In this document: positions 1 through 14,045 of the stretch, piece by piece | Layout of the letters: each line of letters opens with the position of its first letter | Position numbering within the stretch: position 1 is the first letter of the stretch | Origin: Balanoglossus misakiensis | Lineage: Eukaryota > Animalia > Hemichordata | Reading direction: 5' to 3' | DNA: 64,000 nt | Assembly (NCBI GenBank): GCA_040954595.2 | Contig: CM082578.2 | Location: 7,611,519 to 7,675,518 of the forward strand | The notes under the pieces: generated by a model | Database searches by the model: none | Told to the model about the DNA's origin: nothing | The model's input: the letters and a program-made list of their open reading frames with translations, nothing else | Program-made: the position numbers and the translations under genes

Positions 1-3000
1 GACTCGTCCTCAGACCAAACTTTTTTTTATCTCATCGCATGTTTTTGGTAAAGTTGTTGAGTCAGATAAGATTTCAATTTGGAAAATAAAAATAACACTC
101 ATTAAAACATGAACATCTGCGGTCAAACTAACTCTTGACATTTGAACATTATAGAACTAAATCCTGCTGATGTAAGATCCATCTACTGCGGGCAAAACGC
201 CCTTAGATTTGTTCACTCTGAATTAATTATTCATGAGATAGCCACTATGTGATCATCAAGTGTATGTGAGAAATAGTGACCTGCACGAAATGAAATGTGG
301 CTGCGCATAATTTATCGTAATTGATGACATTTAAAGTTCCACAGTTATAAGAAGTGAAGTATTTTTAAAATGTTTCTGATGTGTAATTGAAGCCTTTTTT
401 ACGAAAAACATGCGATTAATGTTCTCTTAGGCAGATGCATGCCGAGCATCAAATTGGTGATGCAGCTGGTTGCAGCCATCAACTCTCAGACTTGAAGGGT
501 GATCAACAGCATCGTGCATGCACATGCATACAAACTTTGCTGTTTGAGGGCATAGTCTGACTACAAATTAAGGGTCGGTAGCAAATGATTTTTTTTATTT
601 CCATAGTTTGGGGTTATAGACAGACCAGATGGCATAAGCAATATTGATTATTGGATAGACCTGAATTTTCGTTTTTTTCAAAATTGAAAAAATCCCACTG
701 TTTATAAATACCAAAAATAAATGTCATTTTCCATAGAACGTTAACCATTGTAACATCTGTATTACAGTGAGATTTTTTTTTCTTTTTAATAAACCCTTAA
801 TTGCCTTAATGCATATATTTGCATACTACAAAATACAATGTCATCACTCTCTCATCCACAAACATTTACAATTTTTGTTCAAGTACAGTGAGAGTTAGGT
901 CCTCTGCAATTGTCCACCACTAGATATCATATATATGTCCTTTGGAAGCAAAATAAAGAGTTCAAAGTCTGACATATTTATAATCACTTTTTCCTAACCA
1001 AAGTAAATGTGTAGGCCTTAGGCTATTATACACTCATTTAAAGTCTCATTGACATTCTTTTTAATTATACTGACTAACTGCTAACTCAGGGCCTGAATAT
1101 ATTAATTTGGAAATATTGCTACATGTATATGAATGGGCCAGACTGGAGGCTATAGATGGACACATAAATACTTCATGAAGTGGAAAGGATGATGTATGCT
1201 CTCATCTTTGCATTTAGATATATTATCATGAGGTAAATTAAATTGCTGCAGAATTAACCTACATATATATTGAAAGACTAAAAGAAAAACGTAAATATTC
1301 TACTCCAGTCCCACATTGCATTGCAATTCCTATCTCATATAGTACAGGGGTCAAAAGTGCAGATCCCAAAGTGCAGTACTCATGCTTCTAAATTTCGTTA
1401 GAATTGTACAATACAGCGTACAGTCCAGCAGTTTTCTCACTAAATTACAATCCAGACGAGTTGATTCCACCCCTTAGGTTTGACATTACTGGAGTAATAT
1501 TCCTTGTATTGTCCTTTTTTCAGCCTAAATGATGATTAATCATTACGGAAACATTAAAAAATAAGTTTGTTATTCTTTGACAACATTTCCGTTGCTCACG
1601 CTACAGTGTGAAGTTTTATTAACATTGCAAGTTTTCCACGTAAGAATTCAGTGCTTAAAGAAATGTTTAATTTTGTCTTGACTATCGCAAATACTGATTG
1701 ATGTGTTCATCAGACTGTGACTAATACTGAGAATGACAGCAGGTAATTGAATTTTTATTAAGCTTTAAGTGAACTTTTAGTATTAAACCCTGTGAAACAA
1801 GTGGTGTCTTCATTTCGAAGGTTTGACGCGGAAAAATAAATGTTCGCTGTACATTTTTGAGTGCCACTTTTTTCGAAATTGGCGTGCTTGTAATAATGTT
1901 TTCATCAATTAAAATAAAAATGAAACAAAATCCAAGTGGTGTGTGACTGAGTTATGAACACAAACAGTATTATTGTCTTTGATACACTTGTTCAAAAATA
2001 TGGTACATAATATTGCTCACTTTCTTATACCTTTGTTTGGGATCAGAAAAACAAAACAGAAAAAAATGTTTATATCCAAGGCATATGTTTTGTAGACATT
2101 CAACTACAATGTGAATCACATGACCAGACTGACTGGTCCATATGGCTTTGTTTTTTCTAGCATGGATTTCCTTGAAATTGTTTTCGCAGTAAGAGATAAT
2201 CTACCCAAGCCTCAATTCTAACGTTTGCACCAAATCTCCCATTTGAAGCCTCAGTGGAAATAAATTAACAGCCAAACCGCAGTAATAACCAGAAATGCAG
2301 AATATTGGAGGCTAATAATTCATATCAGGTGTGATATACAGGCAACATGTTTCAATATGTTCTGCCTTGTCAATGGCTTAACCCCCCTCCCCAGCTCACT
2401 GCGGTGTGGGAACTAAGATCAGAAAAAGACTCCTCTGTATCGCCTGTGCTCATGATATGTTACAAGCAGTTCTGTCTCATGGGAGACGATTTTCCGTCAT
2501 GGAAAAAGCACTATATCCCATTGCAAAAATTGAACTGATTTATATTCAACATTTTAATTAAACCTGCATATATACAGATAGCTCTGGGAATTTACACATC
2601 CACCCAAGATTTTCTTAATCTCCCAAGATAAATTTTAATTTAAAATCATACGAGGTTCCTTTATGAAAAGATTGATTTTTTAATTCATCAGAAAATGCTG
2701 ATTTTGGCAATCTCTCCTTACACATAAAAAAGTGAACATTTTGTATGGATCTGACTTTTTAAAGTCTTTGTGGTTAAAAGTTCACGGTATTGTGTAAAAA
2801 TGAGAGAACAGTTCTTCAAAAGACAATTAACCTGCTATTCTGTTCTTCATTTGCTCGGAAGAATTAAAGAACAAAAAATTTATCACAATTATAATTTGCC
2901 GGCAGCTAGTTCACATTGCAGATGATGATCGATAACCGCATCAATCATTTGAAGGTGTTGGCATGCAAATCGACGTTCCATTTGACATTTACAAATGCAC

Positions 3001-6000
3001 GCTTTCTGATGACCTCACGGCGAGTCGCGCAACTCAAATCAATAATCTAGATGGTAGTTGAAGCCTTGTACCAATTTGCCTTATAATATTCCCTACGTCC
3101 GTCAATCACATGCTGGTATATGCATCAGGCACGTCTGCAAAGAGTTAAGTATATATGCCCCCCAAACACCACATCAGTGCGTGAGTTGGTTACAAACTGC
3201 GTACATGATATCGGTCAGTATACTTTCCAAGGTTGATCTGACAATTAAGAGTTGAGCAGACTGCTTTGTGCTCGCTTTCAATTCCAGTCACACTATACTG
3301 ACAAGCTTTTACATCATGCGGCATCATGTTCTGCATTTGATGAAGTGATTGTCTTGGGTGTGACACTAGTACTATCTTGTTTTCAAGAGCAATCAGAAGA
3401 TCGCTTAATTGCCTCAAAATTGCGGCAAAATTATTTAATTTATTTCGTATTGATTGACGATGAACATAAATAGTGATTTTTGTCCCCAACCATCGCATCA
3501 TGTGTTGAATTAAAAAGCGGTCAATTTCAGTGTTTTTATTATGGGATATGCAAGATAACACAGAATATTATTCATACAACTCTTCAAAGTTAAGCTGACA
3601 TTGGCTGACAGTGATCTAACTAATACAATTTTATTGGCTTTTTTCTCTAAAATAATTAATACAAGTGGAAACTTTGACCTGAAGAAGTAAGAATTAGGGA
3701 AATATTGTTATTTATTAAGTGATTCAAATATTGATCAATTAAAACATGCCAATGGAATCCGGAGTAATGGCTGTTTGACAAGAAACAAGAGATACATTTG
3801 TAAAGGTTTGGCAATATTTTAAATAATATTTGTGAGTCAGAATGGTGTATATATATCTCCTCTCCTGAATCCAGATTTCGGTGACAGCAAATATCCCATA
3901 TATTTGAGAATAACGGTTAATGTAATATGGAGTAGCGGGAAATTAAATTTTAATCCCTTTGGTGACATATATGTACACCAAAGAGAAAAATAGCTGCAAA
4001 ACTACATGATCGAGGCATCAAAAAAATACGGATTATATGCGTCTGGTGAGAAATATTCAACTCTCTTGCAGCAAAGATGCCGCTCTGGAACCCCCAACAA
4101 AAACACCCAAGTCGATGGAAGCAAATATAATCAATATCTGATGGAAAGTGTCTCTGTTCTCTTATCTCTGAATGAGGACTGATTTTGTTCCTTATATCTC
4201 TATATCTCGTTTAATGCTCACACGGTCGAACGCAATTGTTGCATGATCGAATCACTTGAAATCGTCAGTGCATGCACGTCATCGTTAAACAAACAGCCAG
4301 GGATGCATGAGTTTCAGAGTCTGCTTGAGGTTTTTTCTGCACTCTGCTTCGGCATTTGAAAAAAATACTGCATTGAAAAAATGATGAAAACACATTGAAA
4401 CCTATGGTGGTACGAGTGATAAAACTTTCTAAAAAACAACATGAAATGTGATACAAAGAGGACTACCAAGATGCATCATCTGTTATTAAAAGATTTTCAA
4501 CATATTAAAAGGTCAGATTCATGTGATTATAGGGACAATTAATCCTTATACATAGTAAAATTAGTTCTCATGATTAGACATTACCGAATAACAGCAAATT
4601 GATAACAAATTTTCAGTCAATTGCATGCATTATTCCTCGGGGCTAGGGTGCATCTTCATCTCAAATGAAGCTAAGGAGTCAAAGGCTAATGCATCCCCTT
4701 AAGGTACTGAAAATCTTTCATCACAGTTTTGGAATCCGAATGAGTATACTTTCAATGCTTCACAAGGAATGAGGGGTTCATGAAGGCAGATATACCTCTA
4801 GGTGTAATATGCATCACCATATTCCAAGTCCTAACGGGTTCATTCTCCCATCTCACGGGGAATCACTTGGGTAAAGGGTAATGAGCCCCCCTAGGTTTAA
4901 TATATTGTAAATGGTACATATATCACGTTCCATATTTAGGCAGTCCTGAGGGGTGCATCTTCAAAATATCATGAGTAGTAGTACATGCTGTACATTAAAC
5001 CTGGATCTAAACTTCATCAAAATCAGCGAAGTTATTATTCATAACAGTCAGATCAATTCTCCAAATAAGATTTTTTGTTTGTGAAGGAAATTTTAGAGGA
5101 AGCAGAAATTAAACTATGCATTTTTTGGTAAAAACATAATCATTTTCTCACATCAATTTTTGTGAAAGGAGTTACTGCATTCATTTTTGTTTCTTTTGAA
5201 CATGAAAAATTAAACCTCAAAGACAAATTGACCTTTGAGAAGTTTTGACGTCATCAGAGTGAGTATAACAATCAGTTTGAAAAAAACGGACTCGGTAATG
5301 TAACTCGGCAAAGTTTAGCAATTCTCTGAGTCCTCTCAAGTTGAGTCCACTTGTCTCGCCGATCGACGATCAATATGCCAGACGTCCTTTCTGGGCACTC
5401 ATTGGGGATTAAACCATGATACATTACCAGTAATTAAAGTTTTGACAACCCATGAAATGTGTGATAGAGTGGAAGACGGCATTGAATAAATCACTCATCC
5501 AGAGTATTGAGTCTCCTGACTTTAATTAAAGGCACACCATGCCCTGCCTTTCTATGTTTGGAGAATTCATCAAAAGATGGTGCAATCTGACAAACGGATT
5601 ATATATTTGAACTGCAGCAAAACCTGTCTATTGAGATCACTTTCAGGAACACAAAAACTAAATACACAAGTATGTAAATAAATTGCAACGATTTGTTTCG
5701 TTTTGTTTCTTTCTGCAGGAATATTATACAAAACAAATATGCAAAGATCGATGTTTGTCATTGGTAGTATTTTTTACATCAAACCTGGCAGTACTTCAGG
5801 GCCAAGGCATCATGGGTAAAAAATGTAAATGAAAGCCTACCCTTCAAAAATATAACCTCAGAATGTCAGAAGAAGGTCTTTAGACACGTTTACCACCAGA
5901 ACACGTTAGGCTGCATTTGCATATTTGATTGGGTTGATTAATTTGCATTATCTTGTGAATATTTTTGCGCAATGATTTCTAATTACCCTGATAATTTCGC

Positions 6001-7934
6001 CAGACTGCCCTCAGTGGCCAGAATTGGTATACTGCATGAGAATATTCATCCAAATATGGCACTGACACTGCAGTAAATGGTGGATTTCATTCTTTCATTT
6101 GCTTTTCAAAGTGGTCCTACATCAAGCACCTGTGGTTCTGCACCTTTTCTTTGAGACATTACTACAAAGCCAATTTTTATGACTGAATTTGACTGTAATA
6201 AAGAGGATTGGTACAAAAGAATCCTTTTTCACAGCCTGTGAAAAAAAATAATATAGGCTGATCAGCCTTAAAGTCAGTAAAAGTGTTCAGTTTCACCATA
6301 TTACACCAGTGAATACTTGGATTTCAAATTAAATAGAAAAGTTCTCGACAAAAGTTACAGCTGGTTGCAATATGATAATGTAATTGGAGCTTTTTTCGTG
6401 AAATATATGCATGCACATGAAAATTCTCAAGCTTCATTGAAAAGAAATAAAAACAGTCAATTGTCAAAAGAGTCCAATTTCCGGACTACCAAATGCTGTA
6501 AAGTGATATCAATGGCCGCCGATGGGAAATTCGGTGTGATTTATTCAACTGGATTGCATGAACCTATACGATAACGGAGACGTTTCTGTTATTTATGACC
6601 AAAAGAACAAAGTTTCCTGTAGCAATATTGTGTGCAAGGCATCCTCCTGCTTGCTGCTGTGAGTTTTGGCAGGTTTTATCGTTTTAATTGAAAAATTACA
6701 ACCTTGACATATTTTTCCTCCAACATTCACACCTGTGGTTCACGATTGTTCAGTCCCAACATGCACTGTTCTTTATATGGTTGTCACAGTGCTGACTCGT
6801 GGTGATAAGACTTGAAAGTGATTTTCAATTAAATATTTCTGAGAAAAAATCAGCAGGCGATAGCTACCCAACCAGGCAAAAAAATATATGTGGGGATGTT
6901 TATCATTTCATGAAAGTACAGTCGTCTAAAATGCAATATCAGACAGTTTTGTATGCACAGAAAGAGCTCAATACGATTTTTAATTAAAAAAAAAATATTT
7001 TTTGTTAGTTTTTTTAAATATGTGTGAAATTCTCTGTTTCAACTTTAAATACCTTATTTCTATTTAAAGTGCATTAAAAAGCTATACCGCTAAAAAACAA
7101 ACAAACAACTTAGAAAATAGGGCAAAGAAAATTAATAAATGACAATCTTGCTCAAATCACTTTAAAATAAAGCATGTGACATTTTTAAAAAAAAATGATT
7201 AAACAAAAAGAGCAGGACACTTTTGGTACTGAAGTGAAAAATGTATGTATATAATTGCATTTGCAAAATGGCATTATTCTCCTGTGAGACGAACAAGCAT
7301 TTCTGTTGACATTCTTCTCAAAAGGCAGAGTGAATATACTGTAGAATGTAGCTAGAGGTCCTCACACGTAAGTCCACTCAATGAATGCTGTAAAATACAG
7401 CTTGGATATCAGCGAGGGGTCGAACACAGTCGTTTATCATGTAAGAAACACTTACAAACTGCAGTTCTTTCAGTACAGAATTCTCCGGATTTTTATCATC
7501 ACGCAAATTTGTCATTGTAGATTTTAGAGAGCTGGCTGGTCTTTAGTGTGAGTGCAATGGATTTAAAATTGACTCATGCAGAGGCAAGTGTCATTATATA
7601 TGAGGGGAACTGTCTATAGGCGAAAGTCAAATGCTTGTTGGCAGTGGTGTGGAGGCGGGTAATAGTCAGAATAACATGGACATTGACACAAGCTGTTCGT
7701 TCACTGAGCACTCGGGTAAAATTTATCGCCGGTCTGAAAAACAGAAATCAGCAGACACTTTGTAAAAGCACCATGCAGACAAACCATTTAGCTATTAAAG
7801 AACGGCCAGGATAATAGAGGCTTCATTCAGTGGGTATGCCAAACTTAATTTACTTTGTATTAACTATGATATTGGCTGGAATTGAAAAGAATGCTTTTTG
7901 ATGTGTGAGTGTTTTTTTTATTTTTGCTAGTGTA

Positions 7935-7988
7935 TTAACCTCGTCCCACAATGCAGAATATAACATCACTGGGAGGTGAAAGGGTTAA
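7935..7988. mobile_element. Short degenerate relative of the piggyBac-like MITE
   Basis: The right end GGTGAAAGGGTTAA is intact; the left end is decayed (ttaacctcgtccc). Confidence 0.4.
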
Positions 7989-10900
7989 AGAGGTCTGTTA
8001 GGGGTTTTTTCTTGACGATAACATATCCTGCTTTAAAAGGAGAAGTGATTTTAAATGCATTTGGTAGATTTGAACATGTTGTCATGGTAACAGTTTATTT
8101 TGCGAGCACGGAATTGTGACAGGGTTCAAATTGGACTGTTACATTAAGTTTGTTCTTGCTCACCACTGAGGTTAATTGTATTGTTTTGTGCAAATGATGA
8201 ATGGAATTGAAATCTCAGCTTGGATGTTTTGCAATAAACGCAGTTATGCATCACTGTAATAATGTTTGCAAGCTCTCAGATATGTTTTTTTTTTCAGGGT
8301 ATTTACAGTAATTCTGGAATTTGTGATAATACATTATTTTCTGCCCACATTGTAACATTTCATATTAATCAGTCACTGTCAACATTTTTTCAACCCAGTT
8401 CAATGCCCGTCCGTATTTTGTACACAAATATCATTTGAGTATCAAAATTGCGAGAAAAAAATCCATAAATCAAAAATGTGTCTTTTTATCAGAAAATAGG
8501 GTAGCAGCCCAGAGAGGTACTGATTGTTTTCCTGACAACTGAACACGGGTGATGGATAGAAGAATTAGCCTAATTTCATGATCACTGTCAAACTGTCACT
8601 TTCCATTGAAATAATTACTAGTATTATATCTTTCTAGAGTATAGTTCCACAGACAAAATTAATTGCAAAACATGTCTAATTAAAGTTTCTACAACATAAA
8701 ATTTACAATGTATGCGCCCATTTACTCTGTACAAAAACTGTAACTTTATCTTTGTGTAAATATTAATCGACAGAAAAAATGACTTTTCATCTGTCACCAT
8801 TCCTTCCTGTTTCAACAATGAAGCCATGAAGTGTTGGAAATCATAGACGTCATGAAGTTGACAAAAACTAACTGAACAAATGTGTCCATCTGTTGGACAG
8901 ATGAGAAAAACATAAATCAAACCAAAGAAGGTTTAATAATAACATCTATGAAGACTTCTAGAAAATAAAAGATGAATCATTGAGACACAATTTTAAATAT
9001 GTGTTAATTTCTTTACTCAATATAAAAGTAAAAGAAGCTAAATTCTCAGTACTTGGGGGTTTTGAACCAAAAATGAATAATTATGAAAATTTCCATCATC
9101 TTGAAATAAGTTGAATGTATTCTGTCTCTGGATGTACAATATACACATATATGTGATTTTTTATTCCTTCTGTAGAAGAGGTGGCTTTTTCGAAATTACT
9201 ACCCCTGGCATTTAATTTGTGTTTACATTTCCTTTTCCGAATGACCATTCAAATTTTCATTTTCATTACATTTGAATTCATCTGAAAAGAATTGTCACAT
9301 CAGAGGCACATACACACACTGGTTGCTATTTATGCTTTCCAATTCAGGAGCCGCATAATTTGCACACAATTTTTATCCTTTGCCCGCATTTACTCGTATT
9401 ATCACGAGTATAGACCTCTGACGGCTGTTGTAGGCGAGACCTATCCCAGCAAAGAAATCAATCTTTGATGAATTTTGCATGGACGTCTCTTTGTTGACCT
9501 TTGCGATAATACTGAAGGGTATACATATACAAATACCAATATTAAATGTGAATTATTAAAAAAAATATATCATGACAGAATTTTTAAGTATATATGCAGA
9601 TGGATAGAAATAAGAAAAAATGTGATGCCTTACCCATGGCTTTCATCCTTGGGGAAGAACTTATTATACTGATGAAATAACCACTATGTGTAGATGTTGG
9701 TGGTTGGGGAGGCGTGGGCTATGAGATGTACTGTATTCAAATGCTCTAATGACACCCCACAGCGTCCAACCGTTCAGCCTGTATGTTGATTTTTTTTTTT
9801 TTTTGGCTTGCACAGAGAGGATGTGTCAATGTGTCCTCGAATCAAATTGATGACAGTCTCCAGTGCCTGAAAAATAAAACAGTGAATGCATATAGTTCAC
9901 AAGAAAAGTGTCAGTCTTAATTGTTTTCGGGTTTAAATTGTCGCGAGGGAAACTGTCACATTTTAAAATTGATTGCTATTGGCTTTTGTTGGTAATGAAT
10001 TCAATAATCATATCGTGAAAGCGCACGCATCGAAATTTTAGACTGAAGTGGAATTTGACATTTAAAAAAATATTTTTTTACAATGTACTTAGAACTGTAC
10101 CATATGTTCGGTATAAAGATACCAACAACTTCAGCCAGGATCTGGATAAATATGACATACGTGTTCGAACAGTGTATTTTAGGGGAAGGGGAAGGCTGTC
10201 TGCAAACAGAGCTTTAACAGATGTGTGTCAAGTGGGTTATGAAAAGCTGTTGCAAGCCTGTTTGTGTAAATTCTACTGGAAAATCTCAGCATTCAGTTTC
10301 ACGCAGCACCCAGCCATGTTAATATATTCCTGAATACTGTGCATCTGCCTGTAAGTCTTTATTCTGTCAAAACTGGAGCAATTATCTCTGCATCAGTGTA
10401 TTATACTTTCATCTGATATTTCCACTTTCAATATCACCGCATAAAAGGACAATGGTTAATAAAAGATAGAAAATGAAAAGATTATTTTTTTTATAAAATA
10501 AAAAAACATGTAACGCCCTGTAGCAAGTGCGAGAATTCCAAATCTTACTGTCAAACACAGACAGAAACCTGATATCTTCTCAGAGAGAAAAAAAAATTGC
10601 CCGCTGCAGAAATTGTACCTATATGCTTTAAATTGAGCAGAAAAGATACCTGAATCAAGCAATCTGGGCGATTAAGCCGGCGACTGAATGCCATTAACCT
10701 TTTAGAAATGTTTATTGATGAAATTTTAGCTAAAGCACTCAATGAAAGAATACCATGTCTTTGTATTAGTTGAATCAATAACTAAAGCAGGGGGAAAAAT
10801 AATAGCTGAGCAATATTGGGACCATATGACTTACCTGAAAGCAGCAAGTCAGCTGTGTGTGGGATATGCGAGACCGATAATAAGTTACTGTCGTTCTCCT

Positions 10901-13891
10901 CAGTGCTTCAAGCGGATACTTTGAGATGTAGAACAATAAAGAAATCAGCCAGGATTTATGGGAGTAGAAGATGAGCTTCTTTTTTTTTTTCTTCGCCTCC
11001 TCCAACTGTGCTGTATTACGTCGTGTAGTGCGCGGTCATATAACCTGGTTCTGTGATTGCTACGATGGGGAAGCACTCCTCAATGTCTGTTGATATCACT
11101 TAATTTGCCGCAGAGGCTCATGGGAAATCCATCAAGCGGTTGCTGAGGTCTCGTTCATCGTGGGTTGAAACTCATTTTCATACAAAATGCAGCTCTCTCT
11201 CTTGGATCACCTGATACGGTTTCACAGTTAATCCGAAGGCAGGTGCCAATTTGCAGGGAAAATTATCAGAAAAGTGCTCTTTCAATGATGTTGCAGTATT
11301 TATGGCCATTGTTGGTAGCAACAAAGAAATCATTGTTTTTTTTGCCTTCAGAGAGAATTGTTTTAATTCCATCATTCTTGAATGGAAGAAACCAGTAAAA
11401 CCATATGAACACTGAACAGTTTCAAAGGAATACTGCAGCAGTAATTAATTATTGATTCCTAGCTATTAATGCAATAATTGTCTTTGCAAAATACAAAACT
11501 CACTGTAGGTATTCTGTAGACATTGCATTGTCTGTCTGAAAATCAATCAACGTAAGTGTGTCGAATCTCAAACTCCTACTTCAGAATAGAATGACCTAAC
11601 AGTGAAAAAAATACTGGACCGCACCACTTGATGATGGGGGCATATAGCTTGAATAGTAGGGTTGCTTTTAATCTGACTGTTTTGTATTAAAGAGTGTCAA
11701 TTGTCAATCCCATGCAGTGTTATTAATTTCCTTGCCAAAACTGACGTACAAATATTTTAACTATTTTTCATAATGCAATGGAAAGAGGTATATGTGCAAC
11801 TGAACAGCAAGATTAAAAGTCTGTACTGACGAAATGAGGACACGCATTTAAATAAAACACATTTCAGAAAAGAAGAGAAAAGAATTTAAGTAATAACGTG
11901 ATGCACTGAAAGGCTTGACCTAAACCTTTGAATTCTGATTGTTATCTGTCATATTCATACAGCTCACAAGATCTGTTACTGTCAAAAGATCAAAAATTCC
12001 CCTGGTGGCATTCTAAGCGTGACTAATATCCTGGGCCATCACACCCTGAGATCGCACCCCCTCCTAGCTGCTGACGTCCTCTTTTTGAGCAGAGCTTGGG
12101 TCAATATAATATTCCCCTCCCACCTTTACACTTTTAGCACCAAACGGCAAGATGTACTCCCACAATTACCTTTTGACAGTACTGAGAATTATCTACTTCA
12201 GAATGTGTTATGCATGTCACTGATCAAGCATTCATTATACCCACATGGACTGTTCGTAGTTCAACTGTGTGAAGAACATGGTGGGGCTGACTGCCAATCA
12301 GGTCTCCGTGGCAACCATCAGTCTGAATTCGTTGTGATAATTCTGCTTTTCAAATTTGTAATTGAAATGTTCACGATGGTTTGATGGCAGATTTGAATAA
12401 TCCTTGGTGCAATTATCCTTTAATATGCTGCAGTCGGCAAGTCAGTTTGCACAATATCACTGTCAGCAGTACATAATGAAGACATTGCATTAAAGGGACA
12501 ATATCATTAATAAACTAATTTGTTTTAAAGGGACAATGTAATGTCTGCCAACTGGTTTGAATCGATCCCTAAAGTATATTGAAATGCCCAGTGTTTACAT
12601 TTAGCCTCTCAACCAATCACAAATTGGTACTGAATCAGCACTGTTGAAAATTGCTCTGGACTTGAAATCATTAATTGTCAACAACTGCAATGGTAAATAT
12701 TTTCATGTGTAGAAAATCTCTGTTGACAAGCAGAATACTGAACAAACTGTTCTAGCATTGTATATGAATTTACAGCTTATATTGTCACTGGATAAAAGCA
12801 TTAGGGAAAAAAGCCGAAAGTTGGATCTAAGTGCCCCTATGAAATTAGCTGAATAAATGTGAATAGAAAAGTGACTTCGACCTTGAGAGCTTTTTCATAA
12901 CATCAAGCAAAGACACCTGTTGTGCTCAGTACTGCTGTGGCATTATTATTCTGTGGCTGGATCAAAATTACTTCATTTGACTTGTCAAATCAATAAACTA
13001 TATATAGGCACATTTGGTCACGGTATCACGCAACATCTCTGTGAAATGCCTATTGTTGCAGGTACATGTACCTGTATATAAATTGCAATTGTGGCGGAAA
13101 ACTGGAATGGAAAATGTAATGGAAATATTGTGTTTAATGGCAAATTTTGTGACTGTGTGAGTGGTTTTTATGGCCGTCAGAGCATGGCATTAAAAATTGG
13201 AATTGGTTTCTTTGATGGTATATATTACATTGTGTTCACCCCTCAATTTGCAGTGGCATGAATTCTGAAAGGAACTTGCGATTTTAATACAGAATGTCAG
13301 AAGTTATATCCAAGCTTACTTTGCCGTGTTTGCGACTGAAATTCATCTGTGGTAAAAAAAATGTGATACGCGACTGCATGCTTACATTTCTTACTGTCAA
13401 TCAGAAAACCATTGAATTTGTGTCAGGGTATGATTCTGTATAAATGACAGCCCAAGTCAAAGACTCAATTGCATTCATATGTTTTTTTCCTGCAGGTTCG
13501 ATTGGAACTGACTGCGTTATATTACCACCTGTCAGCAAGCTGATTGCAGTATTCAGTGGCAGGTTGCTATGGCAATGTCAACTACATGAACAAGAGAATA
13601 ATCTAAATTTTAAACATCATCCTACTTGGGTACCATATGTACAGTAACTGTACAGTTGCAGCTAGTGTCTTTTACATGAAATGCAGTCAACCACTGTTAA
13701 ACCTATTCTCACTTTAATGTTTAATATTGCCAGCTATACCCTTCATAATTCAAACTGTTTCGAATTTCCTTCCTTCTTTCTTTCACATGCACTGGCAGAT
13801 ATACTGCACAAGGACCACAAAATTAACACACCCACATTTATGTTGATTGGCTTTACAAAGACATGAAATTACATTTTCCAAACTGCAAATA

Positions 13892-14045
13892 AAAGGTGTA
13901 CAATCACTTATTTACATATGCCCATATATATGGTTAAAAGGGTGTGTCTATAAAGTCTTAAAGGGGCCATTTGGCTGCACTTTTTTTCACCACCTCACAA
14001 AAATCAGTGATTGGCTATAGATCTCAACTTTCCATGGTAACCTTT
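13892..14045. mobile_element. Degenerate copy of the 26077-26268 MITE family
   Basis: Co-linear similarity: aaggtgtacaatcactt / tacatatgcccatatat / aaaatcagtgattggctatagatctcaactttccatggtaacct here versus aaggtatacggtcacct / tacatacgcccatatat / aaaatctgtgattggttagatctcaatttaccatggtaacct in the intact copy. Confidence 0.7.

Noticed and set aside
568-800. TTAAGGG...CCCTTAA flanked segment as a MITE
   Set aside because: Only ~9 bp of inverted match and no second copy seen, which is too weak to call.
3005-3035. CTGATGA followed by a short stem (hammerhead-like)
   Set aside because: No GAAA core or flanking helices.
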